64,000 bases of DNA, taken from positions 1 to 64,000 of the IMG/VR virus record IMGVR_UViG_3300007609_001079. One strand, 5' to 3'. A program made the translations under genes and the position numbers. Numbering within the stretch: position 1 is the first letter of the stretch; each line of letters begins with the position of its first letter. The stretch is from a virus. A model generated the notes under the pieces. It had not been told where the DNA came from and did not search any database. It was given only the letters and a program-made list of their open reading frames with translations. Shown piece after piece: positions 18,586 to 29,104 of the stretch.

Positions 18586-19159
18586 ATTTATCTCTTTTTG
18601 ATAAGATTGGATTTTCAGTAGGCCAATCTATATTAAATCGTTTATCATTCCAAACTATTGTTTGCTGTTTTGTTTCATCGTTATATTCACCATGATATGC
18701 CATTTTATATGAAAAGATAGAATCATCTTCCATAATATAATGCCCATTTGCGAACATCGGTGGTATTAAAACTTGTGTTTGAGTTTCTGGTGATATTATA
18801 ATAGATTCCCATTTACCAAATGTAGTTGAGTGGGGTCTTACATCCAATACAACTAAGAAAATCTTGCCATGAATGCATGATACCAATTTCCAAGTTTTAT
18901 CATCGTAGTGTAATCCACGTAATACATTTAATTTTGATTTAGAATACCTATCATGTTTAAAAGCCAATCCATCATTACGTTCATTGGCAGGTAGTAATCT
19001 ATCATAGTAATCTGAATGATACGTGGTTGAAATAGAACCACGATATTCGTGATATACCGAAGGTTGTACAATTTTTAGTTCATGGAGAGTTGTTCCATTA
19101 TAATAATGAAAATCATTCCAATCTCTTTCTTTGTAAAATATACTTCTATTTAATGCCAT
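18575..19159 (-). CDS. rmlC: dTDP-4-dehydrorhamnose 3,5-epimerase family cupin
   Basis: VLRGLH, KLVSCIHG, LDVRPHSTTFGKW, IPPMFANG, IDWP...ILSKRD. Confidence 0.85.
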   Translation of the reverse strand: MALNRSIFYKERDWNDFHYYNGTTLHELKIVQPSVYHEYRGSISTTYHSDYYDRLLPANERNDGLAFKHDRYSKSKLNVLRGLHYDDKTWKLVSCIHGKIFLVVLDVRPHSTTFGKWESIIISPETQTQVLIPPMFANGHYIMEDDSIFSYKMAYHGEYNDETKQQTIVWNDKRFNIDWPTENPILSKRDKYGN

Positions 19160-20111
19160 AACCTAATGGAAAATCATTTCTATAACCTGAACTTAAATTC
19201 TTTATTAGAATGGTATAGGTTTTAATTAATTCTTCGATACCATCTTCTAATGTATAATTAGGTGACCAACCAACTTTTTCTAATTTTAAATTGGAAACAA
19301 TATAATCTCGTTTATCCGGGTCCTCATAATTATCATTGTAAAAAATCTCAAAAGAAGGAATTTGTTCTTTTATTTTTTCACATAGTTGTTGTTTTGTGAG
19401 ATTTGCTGATGATAGACCAACATTGAATACTTCACCACTATGAGTTTCATATTCATTTATAATTTTTTCAAATACCAATGCCACATCTCTGATGTGAATG
19501 AAGTTTCTTACAAACTTTTTTTCAAAGAGAACTATGGATTTATCAGTTAGGGCTTTATAAACGAATTCGTTTACTAATAAATCCATTCTCATTCGAGGGG
19601 AGGTTCCAAATACGGTGGCAAGTCTTAACGAAATTCCACCGATTCCTAACACTTCTCTCTCAGCATTAACTTTAGTAACACCATAATGTGAAATGGGGTT
19701 AAGTGGACTTTCTTCAGTACACTCACCATTCTCTCCTATCCCATACCCACTATTGGTGTTCGGGTAAACCACCCTTTTATTATTTTCTTTTGCAATATCA
19801 CAAACAAACTTAACGTGTTCGTAATTTATTTGTGTTGCTAATTCCTTATCACGTTCACATGCAGGAAATCCAACGATTGCTGCAAGTGGAATTATTATAT
19901 CGTTTTGTAATACCAATTCTCTTAATAATTCCTTATCTCGTACATCACCATTAACAAATTTAAAGTTTTTTTTATGTGAAAAGATAATAGATGATGTTTG
20001 GTTATACATCATATTATCTAATACAGTAACTTTTGAAGAATTTTCTAATAGTAATTCTGTAATTACCGACCCTAAGTAACCTGCTCCTCCGGTGATAAGT
20101 ATTTTGTTCAT
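19146..20111 (-). CDS. NAD-dependent nucleotide-sugar epimerase/dehydratase (extended SDR)
   Basis: ITGGAGYLGS, LAAIVG, canonical YGVTK, RNFIHIRDV. Confidence 0.9.
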   Translation of the reverse strand: MNKILITGGAGYLGSVITELLLENSSKVTVLDNMMYNQTSSIIFSHKKNFKFVNGDVRDKELLRELVLQNDIIIPLAAIVGFPACERDKELATQINYEHVKFVCDIAKENNKRVVYPNTNSGYGIGENGECTEESPLNPISHYGVTKVNAEREVLGIGGISLRLATVFGTSPRMRMDLLVNEFVYKALTDKSIVLFEKKFVRNFIHIRDVALVFEKIINEYETHSGEVFNVGLSSANLTKQQLCEKIKEQIPSFEIFYNDNYEDPDKRDYIVSNLKLEKVGWSPNYTLEDGIEELIKTYTILIKNLSSGYRNDFPLGYGIK

Positions 20112-21298
20112 ATAACTGAGTTTAGTTCTTTGAATGTTTCTTCAAATGATTGTTTTCTTGAAGTATCCAAAAATTTATTATTTTTTAAGAATTTTTTCCA
20201 AACAAAATCATTTATTTGAGTATCGTTCATATTCTGCAATGAACCTTTAATACCACCAACAATATGTTGTGGTATTTCTTTCTTATATAAATATATATCA
20301 AATTTTTTATTTATCAGATTTTTTGCGGAATCTGGTAAATTTGATGGTGAATAAAAATCAGGATGTGATACATCTATAAAGTAAGGATTTAAATCCATAC
20401 CCAAACACCAATCAACCAATTCATCCAAATAATATATGTTTAAATTAGTAACTGTTACAGCTACATCAAAATAAATTGAATCTGATTTATACTTTAACCA
20501 ACTTTTAATATTATTTACAACTTTATTCCAATCACCATGATGTCTTATATAATTAAATCTATCTTCAGTTGCATCCAAAGAGAATGAAATAACAACTCGT
20601 TTGAATTGTTTTAAAATTTCAATATATTCTTCTTTGAAAATAGTACCATTTGTATTAAATGATAATTCTTGGTTTTTTGCATACCCAAGTTCTATTGATT
20701 TTTTAAGAGTTTCCCATTGTTTTTTTACCAACATAGGCTCACCCCCATACATATCTATTTGTTCTATATGTGGTAGTGATTTTTCCAACTCACCCCAAAA
20801 CATAGATTCATCTTCATATGATTTATAGTTTGTTTTAACCCACTCTTTATAAACAATATCATCGGAATGCCCTCCACCCTCATCATGTATTGCTCTGTGT
20901 TCATCAAACCATTTTATGGATGCGCCAACACCACACATTCTACATGCAAGATTGCAAGTGTTACCTAAATTTAACTCTAGATATTTTACAATGGGCTCTT
21001 CCGAGTATCCTAATCTTAAATCCCGTGTTCGTCTACTTTCACCATGATATTTTTCATCATCCCAACATCGTTTACACCCATCATGTTGAATACCATTTTC
21101 TAAATCCTCAATAAGTTTTTTTCTATCGGGATTATTCATCATTTCTTCAAATGTATGAGTATCTGTTTTTATGAGTTTACTATCTTTATCTTTAAATGGT
21201 TTAGATTCATCATAATAACAACAAGGCATAACATACCCACCATTAGCTACACGAAGTCCGTTATATGAGTGAATACATTTCAGAGATTTCATATTCAT
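20108..21298 (-). CDS. Radical SAM protein with N-terminal twitch/SPASM-like Cys cluster
   Basis: C...PCC...CKRC, then CNLACRMC, GGEP, NTNGT. Confidence 0.9.
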   Translation of the reverse strand: MNMKSLKCIHSYNGLRVANGGYVMPCCYYDESKPFKDKDSKLIKTDTHTFEEMMNNPDRKKLIEDLENGIQHDGCKRCWDDEKYHGESRRTRDLRLGYSEEPIVKYLELNLGNTCNLACRMCGVGASIKWFDEHRAIHDEGGGHSDDIVYKEWVKTNYKSYEDESMFWGELEKSLPHIEQIDMYGGEPMLVKKQWETLKKSIELGYAKNQELSFNTNGTIFKEEYIEILKQFKRVVISFSLDATEDRFNYIRHHGDWNKVVNNIKSWLKYKSDSIYFDVAVTVTNLNIYYLDELVDWCLGMDLNPYFIDVSHPDFYSPSNLPDSAKNLINKKFDIYLYKKEIPQHIVGGIKGSLQNMNDTQINDFVWKKFLKNNKFLDTSRKQSFEETFKELNSVI

Positions 21299-21614
21299 GA
21301 TATATTATGTGAAAATTATTAGATTCATTATACATATTATATAATTTAGGAGATAATATTTTATTTAAATTTATGTGCTTTAATCTATCATCAATAACAA
21401 TTATATATAAATTCTGGTCATTAATGTATGAAGAATGTAATTCTTTAGTTAAAATTTTATTACATTCATTAAAAAATCCAAAATGTACTTTATTTTCTAA
21501 GTTATATTTTAAAACATTTATAATATTTTTTTTAGTATAACAAAAAGGCAAATACCCATTTGGGGTTTTAAAATCAAAAACTATATATAATTCCTTTTTT
21601 ATAAGATTATTCAT
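21261..21614 (-). CDS. Hypothetical AT-rich protein, possibly a truncated paralog of the SET/TEK family N-terminus
   Basis: 117-aa ORF overlapping both neighbours; LYIVFDFKTPNG loosely resembles INLIYDLIGPDN of 12596..13993. Confidence 0.4.
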   Translation of the reverse strand: MNNLIKKELYIVFDFKTPNGYLPFCYTKKNIINVLKYNLENKVHFGFFNECNKILTKELHSSYINDQNLYIIVIDDRLKHINLNKILSPKLYNMYNESNNFHIIYHEYEISEMYSLI

Positions 21615-23050
21615 AGTTTCACATTTATCATTTTTGCATTAGTTCCAATTTCCTCAATACCAACCAATTCATATTTTAAAGAGTTCATACCATCTTCCTT
21701 ATAATTCCATTCACCTTGCTGCATCTGTCTGATATATCTTCTTTCATTTCTTGCGGTAGTTTCTCCTTTTTTCCATTTCATAGAACCACCTTCTTCTACC
21801 AATCCCTCATCTTCATGTTCTAAACAAAACATTCGACCAGGTACTCGATGTGGTACGGTTGTATATGGAATTTGTATATCTTCCTTTAGATATTCACAAT
21901 TATGGATAATACCATCAGAACCATTGTTGGTTTTATCCAACACTAACCCATCTTTAAAATCGTAATGTAGGGATAACCCATCATTGATTGGATTATTATG
22001 AATACATTTAACTTCATCAGATGTAAGTGCTCGATTCCACATTTTAACTTCTGCTATATCTCCTTTAAACCACTTAGATACATCGTTTAATGAAACTGAT
22101 GTGGTTGTTCCTAAATAAAAAGATGTGTTACCATATCTCTTTAAATTACCTTGAAAATACTGAGGTGATTTAGTACCTGTTCCCCACCTAGCATCCGATT
22201 CTTTACCATTCATGTAAAGATGAATTTTATCTTCATCAATAACAAGAGTTATCCAACTCCACAATCCTTCATATCGTTTCATCCATTGGTAAAGATGCTC
22301 TCCTTCATTATTCCAAAGTTGTGCGGTATATGCACGTGAGTTATTATATGATAATCCCCAATCATAACCAGGCCGTCTGAATATTGGATATTCTACAAAT
22401 CTTCGCTCCTCATCACCGATTAAATAAATTGGTACTTTATCTTCTTGTTGTTCGGCTCTAGCTAAAATAGATACAGTATGAGAACGAGATGTTATATTTC
22501 TTAGTTTTCGTGAGGGGGGAATTTCAACGTATGAATCTTTACCATTAAATCGTAAGAATTCTTTTTGAGTTCCGTTATAATCCATATATGTATCATCAGC
22601 ATATCCTTCAAGAACACATCTCCAAAATAAATCATCATCTTCCATACCCCAATCCCAATAGTCATTTGAATAACCATTGGTCTTTTCTACTTGTTCTTTT
22701 GAGAAAAGAATTGCACCTCCAAAGTATTCTTCATACTTTAGTTCGTAATTCATTTGTGAAATTTGAGTTGCAATATGTCTTGGCTTTTCTTTTGGAAAAG
22801 AATAATCACAACCCTCTTCAGGTACCATATCGATATCGTGCCATACAATATAATCACACCCATCTTCGAATGCATGTTTTGCTGCAATGTTTTTCATTGC
22901 ACCTCTGTTAAAAAGTTTATCATCGGTTTGGTGACCAAAGTACATACAGTAATCTATACCATGTTCTTCAAGATATTTACCAACTCTTGGTACAAACTCT
23001 TTTAAGTGAGTTTCTCTGTTTCTATATGGTACACAAACTCCTAATTTCAT
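21611..23050 (-). CDS. GT7 (beta-1,4-galactosyltransferase-like) glycosyltransferase with inserted LamG domain
   Basis: VPYRNR, FNRG, HDID, YFGG, WGMEDDD; LamG motifs LRFNGKDSYV and FKGDIAEVKMWNRALT; C-terminal GRMFCLEH...DGMNSLKY. Confidence 0.9.
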   Translation of the reverse strand: MKLGVCVPYRNRETHLKEFVPRVGKYLEEHGIDYCMYFGHQTDDKLFNRGAMKNIAAKHAFEDGCDYIVWHDIDMVPEEGCDYSFPKEKPRHIATQISQMNYELKYEEYFGGAILFSKEQVEKTNGYSNDYWDWGMEDDDLFWRCVLEGYADDTYMDYNGTQKEFLRFNGKDSYVEIPPSRKLRNITSRSHTVSILARAEQQEDKVPIYLIGDEERRFVEYPIFRRPGYDWGLSYNNSRAYTAQLWNNEGEHLYQWMKRYEGLWSWITLVIDEDKIHLYMNGKESDARWGTGTKSPQYFQGNLKRYGNTSFYLGTTTSVSLNDVSKWFKGDIAEVKMWNRALTSDEVKCIHNNPINDGLSLHYDFKDGLVLDKTNNGSDGIIHNCEYLKEDIQIPYTTVPHRVPGRMFCLEHEDEGLVEEGGSMKWKKGETTARNERRYIRQMQQGEWNYKEDGMNSLKYELVGIEEIGTNAKMINVKL

Positions 23051-23457
23051 AATGATTCTGCAATTGCGGTTTTAAACTTTGTGGTACTCCATCCATGTGA
23101 ACGATTTATCCAATGAATTAAGGTTCCTAACTCTTTGCCTGTATAGTCTTTACCCATATAATCATCACCTAAAAATCTTACATCTGGATTAATACTTTTT
23201 AATAAAAATAATAACTCAGATTCTGTATTATATGTTAAGAAAGCTGGATTTGTGAAAAAGTATTTTAACATATCCTTTCTTTCTTCGGTAGATAATATTG
23301 GTTTTAATTTTTCTGGTCTTTCCATCGTTGGGTCATCATGTAATAAGATATATTGTTTTTTACAATTATCATTTATTTCTTTAAACAACTCAATATAACC
23401 CGGATGTATAACATCAAAGTTTCCACAGATTACTCCTATTTCAGGTAAATTATTCAT
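23047..23457 (-). CDS. Cytidylyltransferase (TagD/RfaE-II-like)
   Basis: GNFDVIHPGY, KPILSTEER, GDDY, RSHGWSTT. Confidence 0.85.
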   Translation of the reverse strand: MNNLPEIGVICGNFDVIHPGYIELFKEINDNCKKQYILLHDDPTMERPEKLKPILSTEERKDMLKYFFTNPAFLTYNTESELLFLLKSINPDVRFLGDDYMGKDYTGKELGTLIHWINRSHGWSTTKFKTAIAESL

Positions 23458-23461
23458 AATT

Positions 23462-24649
23462 TTAATGTTGTTTTCTTATATTTTCATTTTCTTCTCGTTG
23501 AGATTCAAACAAAACATCATGACAATTCATATTTCCACATATATTAGCACATTCTAATATTTTTCCTTCTTTAAATGTCTTATCCCAACTTTTATTATAC
23601 ACATTATATAATAACCTATCTTCTATAATATTTTTTATTGTATTTGTATTTAAATTGAATTTTTCAAACCCAATTTTATCCATAGCATCAAATTGCTGTT
23701 TAAATTTAATATCTACATATTTACCTTCTAAATAATGTTTTTTCTTTGTATAGATATCATTTGCAACAAAACAACATTGATAAACATCACCATGTGATTC
23801 TACATAAAAATCATTTTCAACACATCTTGGCTCTATTTTAATATTTTCATATTTTTTAATAAAGTTTATATCCGATTCTGATAATTCATCATCAAACCAA
23901 CCAACTTGTTCATGTAACTCCCGTTCAATATAAACAACATTAGCATCATTAGATAAATAAGTTGGTTTAAATTCATCTAAAGTAGATGGGTGTAACCAAT
24001 CTACAATATTACCACGACCATCCAAAACAGGAACAGGTGTTATATTAATACCATCATCTAAATTTATTGGAGATTTAAATTGAATTTTATCAAACCCCAA
24101 TTCAAGTGATAATTTCTGTGCTTCTTCTAATTGATGTTCGTTATGTTTAAAAACTAAGTAATCCCAAGCTTTCCATATATTCCTGTTTGTAGAGTTGGAA
24201 TTAAATGATGTTACATTTTCTATTAATTTTTTCCAATTAACATTTCTTCGATAAATATGATTAGTATTTTCCAACCCATCTATACTAAATACAATTAGTG
24301 TTTCAAACGTTAATGAATTACAAGCTAAGGATAGTTCTTTCCAAAACTTAGGTGTTTTCATTCCACCATTTGTATTTATTTGAAATCGTTTAAACTCAAA
24401 ATTAGATAAGTATTTAATAATTTCTATTAAATCAGGATTTGTACACGGGTCTCCATGATTGCCACAAAATCTTAAATATTGTACATCATTTAGAACTTCA
24501 CTAGGAAACCATTTTTTAAATGTATCAATACTAATATATCCTACATTTAAATATTCACCAACAACAGTACTATTCATTATATATCTAGCACAGCAAGGAC
24601 AGGCTGCGTTACATAAAGTAGATAATTCAATATGTAACGTATCTATCAT
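23462..24649 (-). CDS. Radical SAM protein with C-terminal SPASM/twitch-like Cys
   Basis: CNAACPCC, GNHGDP, NTNGG, SIDG, C-terminal C...YQCC...CANIC. Confidence 0.9.
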   Translation of the reverse strand: MIDTLHIELSTLCNAACPCCARYIMNSTVVGEYLNVGYISIDTFKKWFPSEVLNDVQYLRFCGNHGDPCTNPDLIEIIKYLSNFEFKRFQINTNGGMKTPKFWKELSLACNSLTFETLIVFSIDGLENTNHIYRRNVNWKKLIENVTSFNSNSTNRNIWKAWDYLVFKHNEHQLEEAQKLSLELGFDKIQFKSPINLDDGINITPVPVLDGRGNIVDWLHPSTLDEFKPTYLSNDANVVYIERELHEQVGWFDDELSESDINFIKKYENIKIEPRCVENDFYVESHGDVYQCCFVANDIYTKKKHYLEGKYVDIKFKQQFDAMDKIGFEKFNLNTNTIKNIIEDRLLYNVYNKSWDKTFKEGKILECANICGNMNCHDVLFESQREENENIRKQH

Positions 24650-26088
24650 AATTCTACTGATATTTTATTTAATAAAGTATCTTCATATACATGTGTTTGA
24701 TTATACTTCAATGTATTCAATCCATCAATTTTATAATTTGCTATATGTTGCCTAACTTCGTTATAATACTTTAATTGATTGATTCTTGTTTCTTGATGTA
24801 CCCATTTATTTCCAACAGATGAGTTCGAATCATGTTTTAAAGATTTAAATCTACTATTTCTACGAAAGGGTTTTGGTAAAAAAGTTTTAAATGATTGGTT
24901 TAGTTTATAAAGATATACATTAAATAATGTTGATTGATAACTTCCACCCAAATCTATACAAGTAGTTTCCGTTGATAATTCGGGCAATAATTGTGTAAGT
25001 AAAAACTCAGAAGATTTATAATCTCCCACATTTCTTACTTTAGGTTTGTGTGGAATTTTACTTAATTCTTTTATTTCATCATCTTCCAATGCAACATCAT
25101 ATAATTCTACACTTGAAATATTTCCATATAGAAATTCTGTATTTTCTTTTTTACCATTTGCAGAACCTATAAAAATTTCATCCGATGATAGTGGTAGAAT
25201 AGAATCTTCCATTTCAATGGTATCTACCAATTCACCATTTACAAATAATGAAATATACTTACCATCATTATATCTCATTGTAAGATATACCCAAGCTTCA
25301 CCAATTATATCTGAGTTGATTGAGTATGGTTTTTTATTTACATCATAAGTTTGACAAAAGAATCTACGAAAGGAATTGTAAAATAATCCAATGTTATAAC
25401 CCGGTATAGATAAGATTGGAAATTCATCATAATCTTTATTTTCGTTTAATTTAACTCCTTGTGGTTTTACTAATACCGATATTGTAAAATCGTCTTTTAG
25501 TAATGTGGTTTTTTCTCCTTCTAATTTGATAAACGAATCCCCATTAAATTTAAATGTGTGTAGTTCGTCCGAACCGCCTATTTCGATTTGGGTTTTATCC
25601 AATTCTAAGTCAGAATCCAAACATCTAATCAGTAAGTCATCATCTTCGAATCCCCAACCCCAATATTCGTTGGAGAATCCATTTATCAATTCGAAATCTT
25701 CTTTGTTAAACATCGTTACTCCACCAAAGTAATCAAAGAAAGTGGTTTCATAATCGTGTTCTTGTAAGTGAGTTGCTAAATGTAAGGGTTTATCAGTATA
25801 AGAGTAATCTACATCTTCTGGTAACATATCAACATCATGGAATACAAAGTAATCACATCCTTTATCCAAGGCATATGTGTATCCCACATTCAAAAGTTTA
25901 CCTCTATTAAAAGGTTTATCATCTGATTGTTCTACAATAAAGATTTCATACTCTAAATTAGTAAGATACTCTTCCATATGTTTTAAGAACCTCTTTAGTT
26001 GTTGAGGTCTATCTCTATATGGAACAATAATTCCTAATTTATGATTCTGAACTCTCTTCCTTCGAAGTAGTCGTTCCTCTTTCTGCAT
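24646..26088 (-). CDS. GT7 glycosyltransferase with inserted LamG domain
   Basis: VPYRDR, FNRG, FHDVD, YFGG, WGWGFEDDD; LamG GNISSVELYDVAL; C-terminal FKSLKH...DGLNTLKY. Confidence 0.9.
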   Translation of the reverse strand: MQKEERLLRRKRVQNHKLGIIVPYRDRPQQLKRFLKHMEEYLTNLEYEIFIVEQSDDKPFNRGKLLNVGYTYALDKGCDYFVFHDVDMLPEDVDYSYTDKPLHLATHLQEHDYETTFFDYFGGVTMFNKEDFELINGFSNEYWGWGFEDDDLLIRCLDSDLELDKTQIEIGGSDELHTFKFNGDSFIKLEGEKTTLLKDDFTISVLVKPQGVKLNENKDYDEFPILSIPGYNIGLFYNSFRRFFCQTYDVNKKPYSINSDIIGEAWVYLTMRYNDGKYISLFVNGELVDTIEMEDSILPLSSDEIFIGSANGKKENTEFLYGNISSVELYDVALEDDEIKELSKIPHKPKVRNVGDYKSSEFLLTQLLPELSTETTCIDLGGSYQSTLFNVYLYKLNQSFKTFLPKPFRRNSRFKSLKHDSNSSVGNKWVHQETRINQLKYYNEVRQHIANYKIDGLNTLKYNQTHVYEDTLLNKISVEL

Positions 26089-26302
26089 CTCTTGATGGTC
26101 TGTTTTCAGGTAAGTTATCTAATGTTGCGTTTCTTCCTTTAACTGCGAATTTAGCTAAATTGTGAATTTCCCACAAATTCCACTCAACTTTCTTTTGGTG
26201 GTCTTTGATTTCAGCATCAAATAACATATCTTCAATTGCTTGAGTAGATTCCAAAATCTCACCCATAAGCTCCATATGCTGTTTAAATTGTTCGTCTGTC
26301 AT
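26039..26302 (-). CDS. Hypothetical 87-aa acidic protein
   Basis: ATG ORF between two GT7 genes. Confidence 0.5.
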   Translation of the reverse strand: MTDEQFKQHMELMGEILESTQAIEDMLFDAEIKDHQKKVEWNLWEIHNLAKFAVKGRNATLDNLPENRPSRDAERGTTTSKEESSES

Positions 26303-26303
26303 C

Positions 26304-27794
26304 TTATGTAATTATTTTAAATGATTCGTAATTTATTTCCTCGTTTGTTTCTTTTACTAAATTATAATCCAATGAATTTAATCCAATATCTTTCCAATCT
26401 ATATCTTTAGTTAATATATCATAGAAAAATATATCTGAATTTTCTATTACATCTGGATCATAATCATAGTATCTACCAATAATATCAGTATCACGTGAGT
26501 GTGTTAATGTATTATATTTACCAGGATATCTAACAGGTAGATAAACAGGATCCGCTACTGATATTATTTTGTTTTCAGTTATTGGTGTTCCTATAACTCG
26601 TAAGTGATTAAAGTTTTTGCCATTATCCAAAACTATTTTTTTATATGAATGAGATGGGTAGTTAAAATTTTCATCGTGATTACCAAAATCTAAATTAATT
26701 ATAGGTGAAATCCCAAATTGAGTTTCTAAATAATTTAAAGATTCATATCCATTGTAATAAAGTTCTGATATATCATCATCGGATAATATTCTATCAAACA
26801 TCATAACAGATGCTAATTCAATTTGAGAATCTATGTCAGAAATTATAATATCTTTATAATGTGGGTGGATTTTAAAATCATTTGGAATATCTACACTATG
26901 CGTTTTTCCATTTAAATTTAATTTTAATAAATTATTTTTTAAATCTACACCAAAAACTATATGATTCCATTGATTTCGATAATAACCAACGGATAAACCA
27001 TAACTCTTTTCAACATCATCCCAAATCTGACACATAATTTGTGTACTATTGTTCAGAAATATTCCAGTATCTAATCCTTTAAAATAAAATAATTTTTTAA
27101 TATCGGAATATTCTCCATTATCATTGAACCATAAAGAAATACTAAATGATTTTGTAATTGATTCTTTTGTTAATGGGTTTATCAATCCAACTGAATACGT
27201 ATCTAATGGAAATTTAACAATTTTTAATAAATGCGTTTTATCGTTTGAAGATATCTTTACATTTTCAATTCTATATGGTAATGTATCTGATAAATTTTCA
27301 TTTGAATAAACTTTATTTAAATCATAAAACTTTTCAGTATGGGCACCACTTTGTTTTAATCGATATAATAAATCTAAATCTTCAAATCCATATCCCCAAT
27401 ATTCATTTGAATAACCATTTGCTTCTACAAAATCTTCACGATTTATTAACACCACTCCACCAAAGTATTGTGGGTAAGGTAGTTTATAACCATGTGCTTG
27501 AACCTGAGTAGCTAAATGAATGGGAACATCTGGATATGAATAATCACAATCATCATTCATTGGTAACATATCAATATCATGAAATGCAAAATAGGTATAT
27601 TCTTCACCGATTTCCTTTACAACAACATTACATAATTTACCATAATTAAATGGTCTATCATCCGATTGTTCTGCAATAAAAATGGTGTAATCAATCCCCT
27701 TATCCTTTAAGAATTCATGCATATGGGGAACAAAAATATCTAAGTGTTTTTGTCTGTCCCTAAAAGGAACGATGATTGCAAGTTTTTCTTCCAT
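26304..27794 (-). CDS. GT7 glycosyltransferase with inserted LamG domain
   Basis: VPFRDR, FNYG, FHDID, YFGG, WGYGFEDLD; LamG FSISLWF...WNHIV...FDRILS; C-terminal GKYNTLTH...IGLNSLDY. Confidence 0.88.
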   Translation of the reverse strand: MEEKLAIIVPFRDRQKHLDIFVPHMHEFLKDKGIDYTIFIAEQSDDRPFNYGKLCNVVVKEIGEEYTYFAFHDIDMLPMNDDCDYSYPDVPIHLATQVQAHGYKLPYPQYFGGVVLINREDFVEANGYSNEYWGYGFEDLDLLYRLKQSGAHTEKFYDLNKVYSNENLSDTLPYRIENVKISSNDKTHLLKIVKFPLDTYSVGLINPLTKESITKSFSISLWFNDNGEYSDIKKLFYFKGLDTGIFLNNSTQIMCQIWDDVEKSYGLSVGYYRNQWNHIVFGVDLKNNLLKLNLNGKTHSVDIPNDFKIHPHYKDIIISDIDSQIELASVMMFDRILSDDDISELYYNGYESLNYLETQFGISPIINLDFGNHDENFNYPSHSYKKIVLDNGKNFNHLRVIGTPITENKIISVADPVYLPVRYPGKYNTLTHSRDTDIIGRYYDYDPDVIENSDIFFYDILTKDIDWKDIGLNSLDYNLVKETNEEINYESFKIIT

Positions 27795-27809
27795 GTAACT
27801 TTAATTATA

Positions 27810-27819
27810 TATAAATATA
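27810..27819 (-). promoter_or_regulatory. TATATTTATA putative late promoter inside the glycan cluster
   Basis: Exact 10-mer ~16 nt upstream of the GT7 start at 27794. Confidence 0.7.
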
Positions 27820-27826
27820 TAAAATT

Positions 27827-29104
27827 TTATATTGTAGATTTTTTTAAAGAATTATACAATTCGGGAAATAATTCTTTCCAATCTTCTTTTCTAAATTTAT
27901 CAACTGTTTCGGTTGTTCTAATAAAGGTATTAGATTCCCCATTATATTCTGCGTTATAATACCTACCAACTACATCATCATAAAACTCATCTGATAGTAA
28001 TCCTTTTATAGAATCTAATTTTTCTTGTCGTATTTGTTTTGGAATAATATTTGCTGATTGATATTCTGGTGCATGAACATGATTTGATATGATTCGTTTG
28101 ATTAAACCACTACCATTTAATTTAAACATACCACGTTTTACCAAATACTGAGTAAGTTCTTCCATATAGAGGAAGTTATAAGAATTTAATGTTTGTGTAA
28201 TGGTATAATAAAAATTATGGTCATTATATTCGGTAATGAATTTCTTTATATTATCTATTGTAAGTTTAAAGTTTGCGTTTTTTCTAATATAATCGTTTCT
28301 ATCACCAAAATCATCTACTGAAATAGATATACCAACGAATTGGAAATGTTTTAGTTTTTCTAATGCAGGTTTTATCTTTTCAAAATCGTAATTAGCGTTT
28401 GTAATATAAAATATTTTCATTTTACTCGCTAAACCATCTTCAATTAATCTATCCAATAATTTAAAGTGTTTTGGAACTAAAAAGGGCTCTCCACCACTAA
28501 TATGTAATTGGTCTATCATTGGTGAGTGTTCAATCAAAGCATTATAAAAATCCTCATCCTCAACCCAATCATAGTTTGTATATTTCATTGTTTGTAACTC
28601 ATCGTAGTTACTTGGGAAATTAACTTTATCTTTAAGATTCATGTAATCGTTAATCCAACTGGTAGATGATTCTGCATTACAACTTCTACATTTTAAATTA
28701 CAATAGTTACCTAATCTAATTTCTACGTTTCTTAAATCTATCTTTATACTTCCATCGGGTTTTGTTGATTTATCAACATCCGTATTATAAAAAGAATCTT
28801 TTTGTCTTTTACTTTTTCCACCTGCCAATTCTACATCATGACAAGTTTTACAAGCAGGGGGAACTTCACCAGCAACCATCTGCCTTCTGATTTCTTTAAA
28901 TGAATCTGAGTTTATAATTGCAGGGATACCCTCACTAATATTTATCTTTTCGTATCCACCATCAGGTAAAATATTAGATGCAGCTGATTGTCCATGTGCG
29001 TGATTGGATACACAACATACGGAACATACACCATGTGGATGAACACTAATATGTTTCCAAGGTAAATCGCATAAAAATCTATTCTCCGTTTTCATAAAGT
29101 GCAT
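27827..29104 (-). CDS. Radical SAM protein with N-terminal twitch domain
   Basis: CDLPWKH...VCC...CKTC; CNLKCRSC; GGEP. Start may be 29095. Confidence 0.9.
   Translation of the reverse strand: MHFMKTENRFLCDLPWKHISVHPHGVCSVCCVSNHAHGQSAASNILPDGGYEKINISEGIPAIINSDSFKEIRRQMVAGEVPPACKTCHDVELAGGKSKRQKDSFYNTDVDKSTKPDGSIKIDLRNVEIRLGNYCNLKCRSCNAESSTSWINDYMNLKDKVNFPSNYDELQTMKYTNYDWVEDEDFYNALIEHSPMIDQLHISGGEPFLVPKHFKLLDRLIEDGLASKMKIFYITNANYDFEKIKPALEKLKHFQFVGISISVDDFGDRNDYIRKNANFKLTIDNIKKFITEYNDHNFYYTITQTLNSYNFLYMEELTQYLVKRGMFKLNGSGLIKRIISNHVHAPEYQSANIIPKQIRQEKLDSIKGLLSDEFYDDVVGRYYNAEYNGESNTFIRTTETVDKFRKEDWKELFPELYNSLKKSTI

Noticed and set aside
20286-20295. TATATTTATA copy inside a radical SAM gene (plus shorter matches near 12408 and 52943)
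   Set aside because: Intragenic, far from starts and in very AT-rich DNA; cannot be told from chance.
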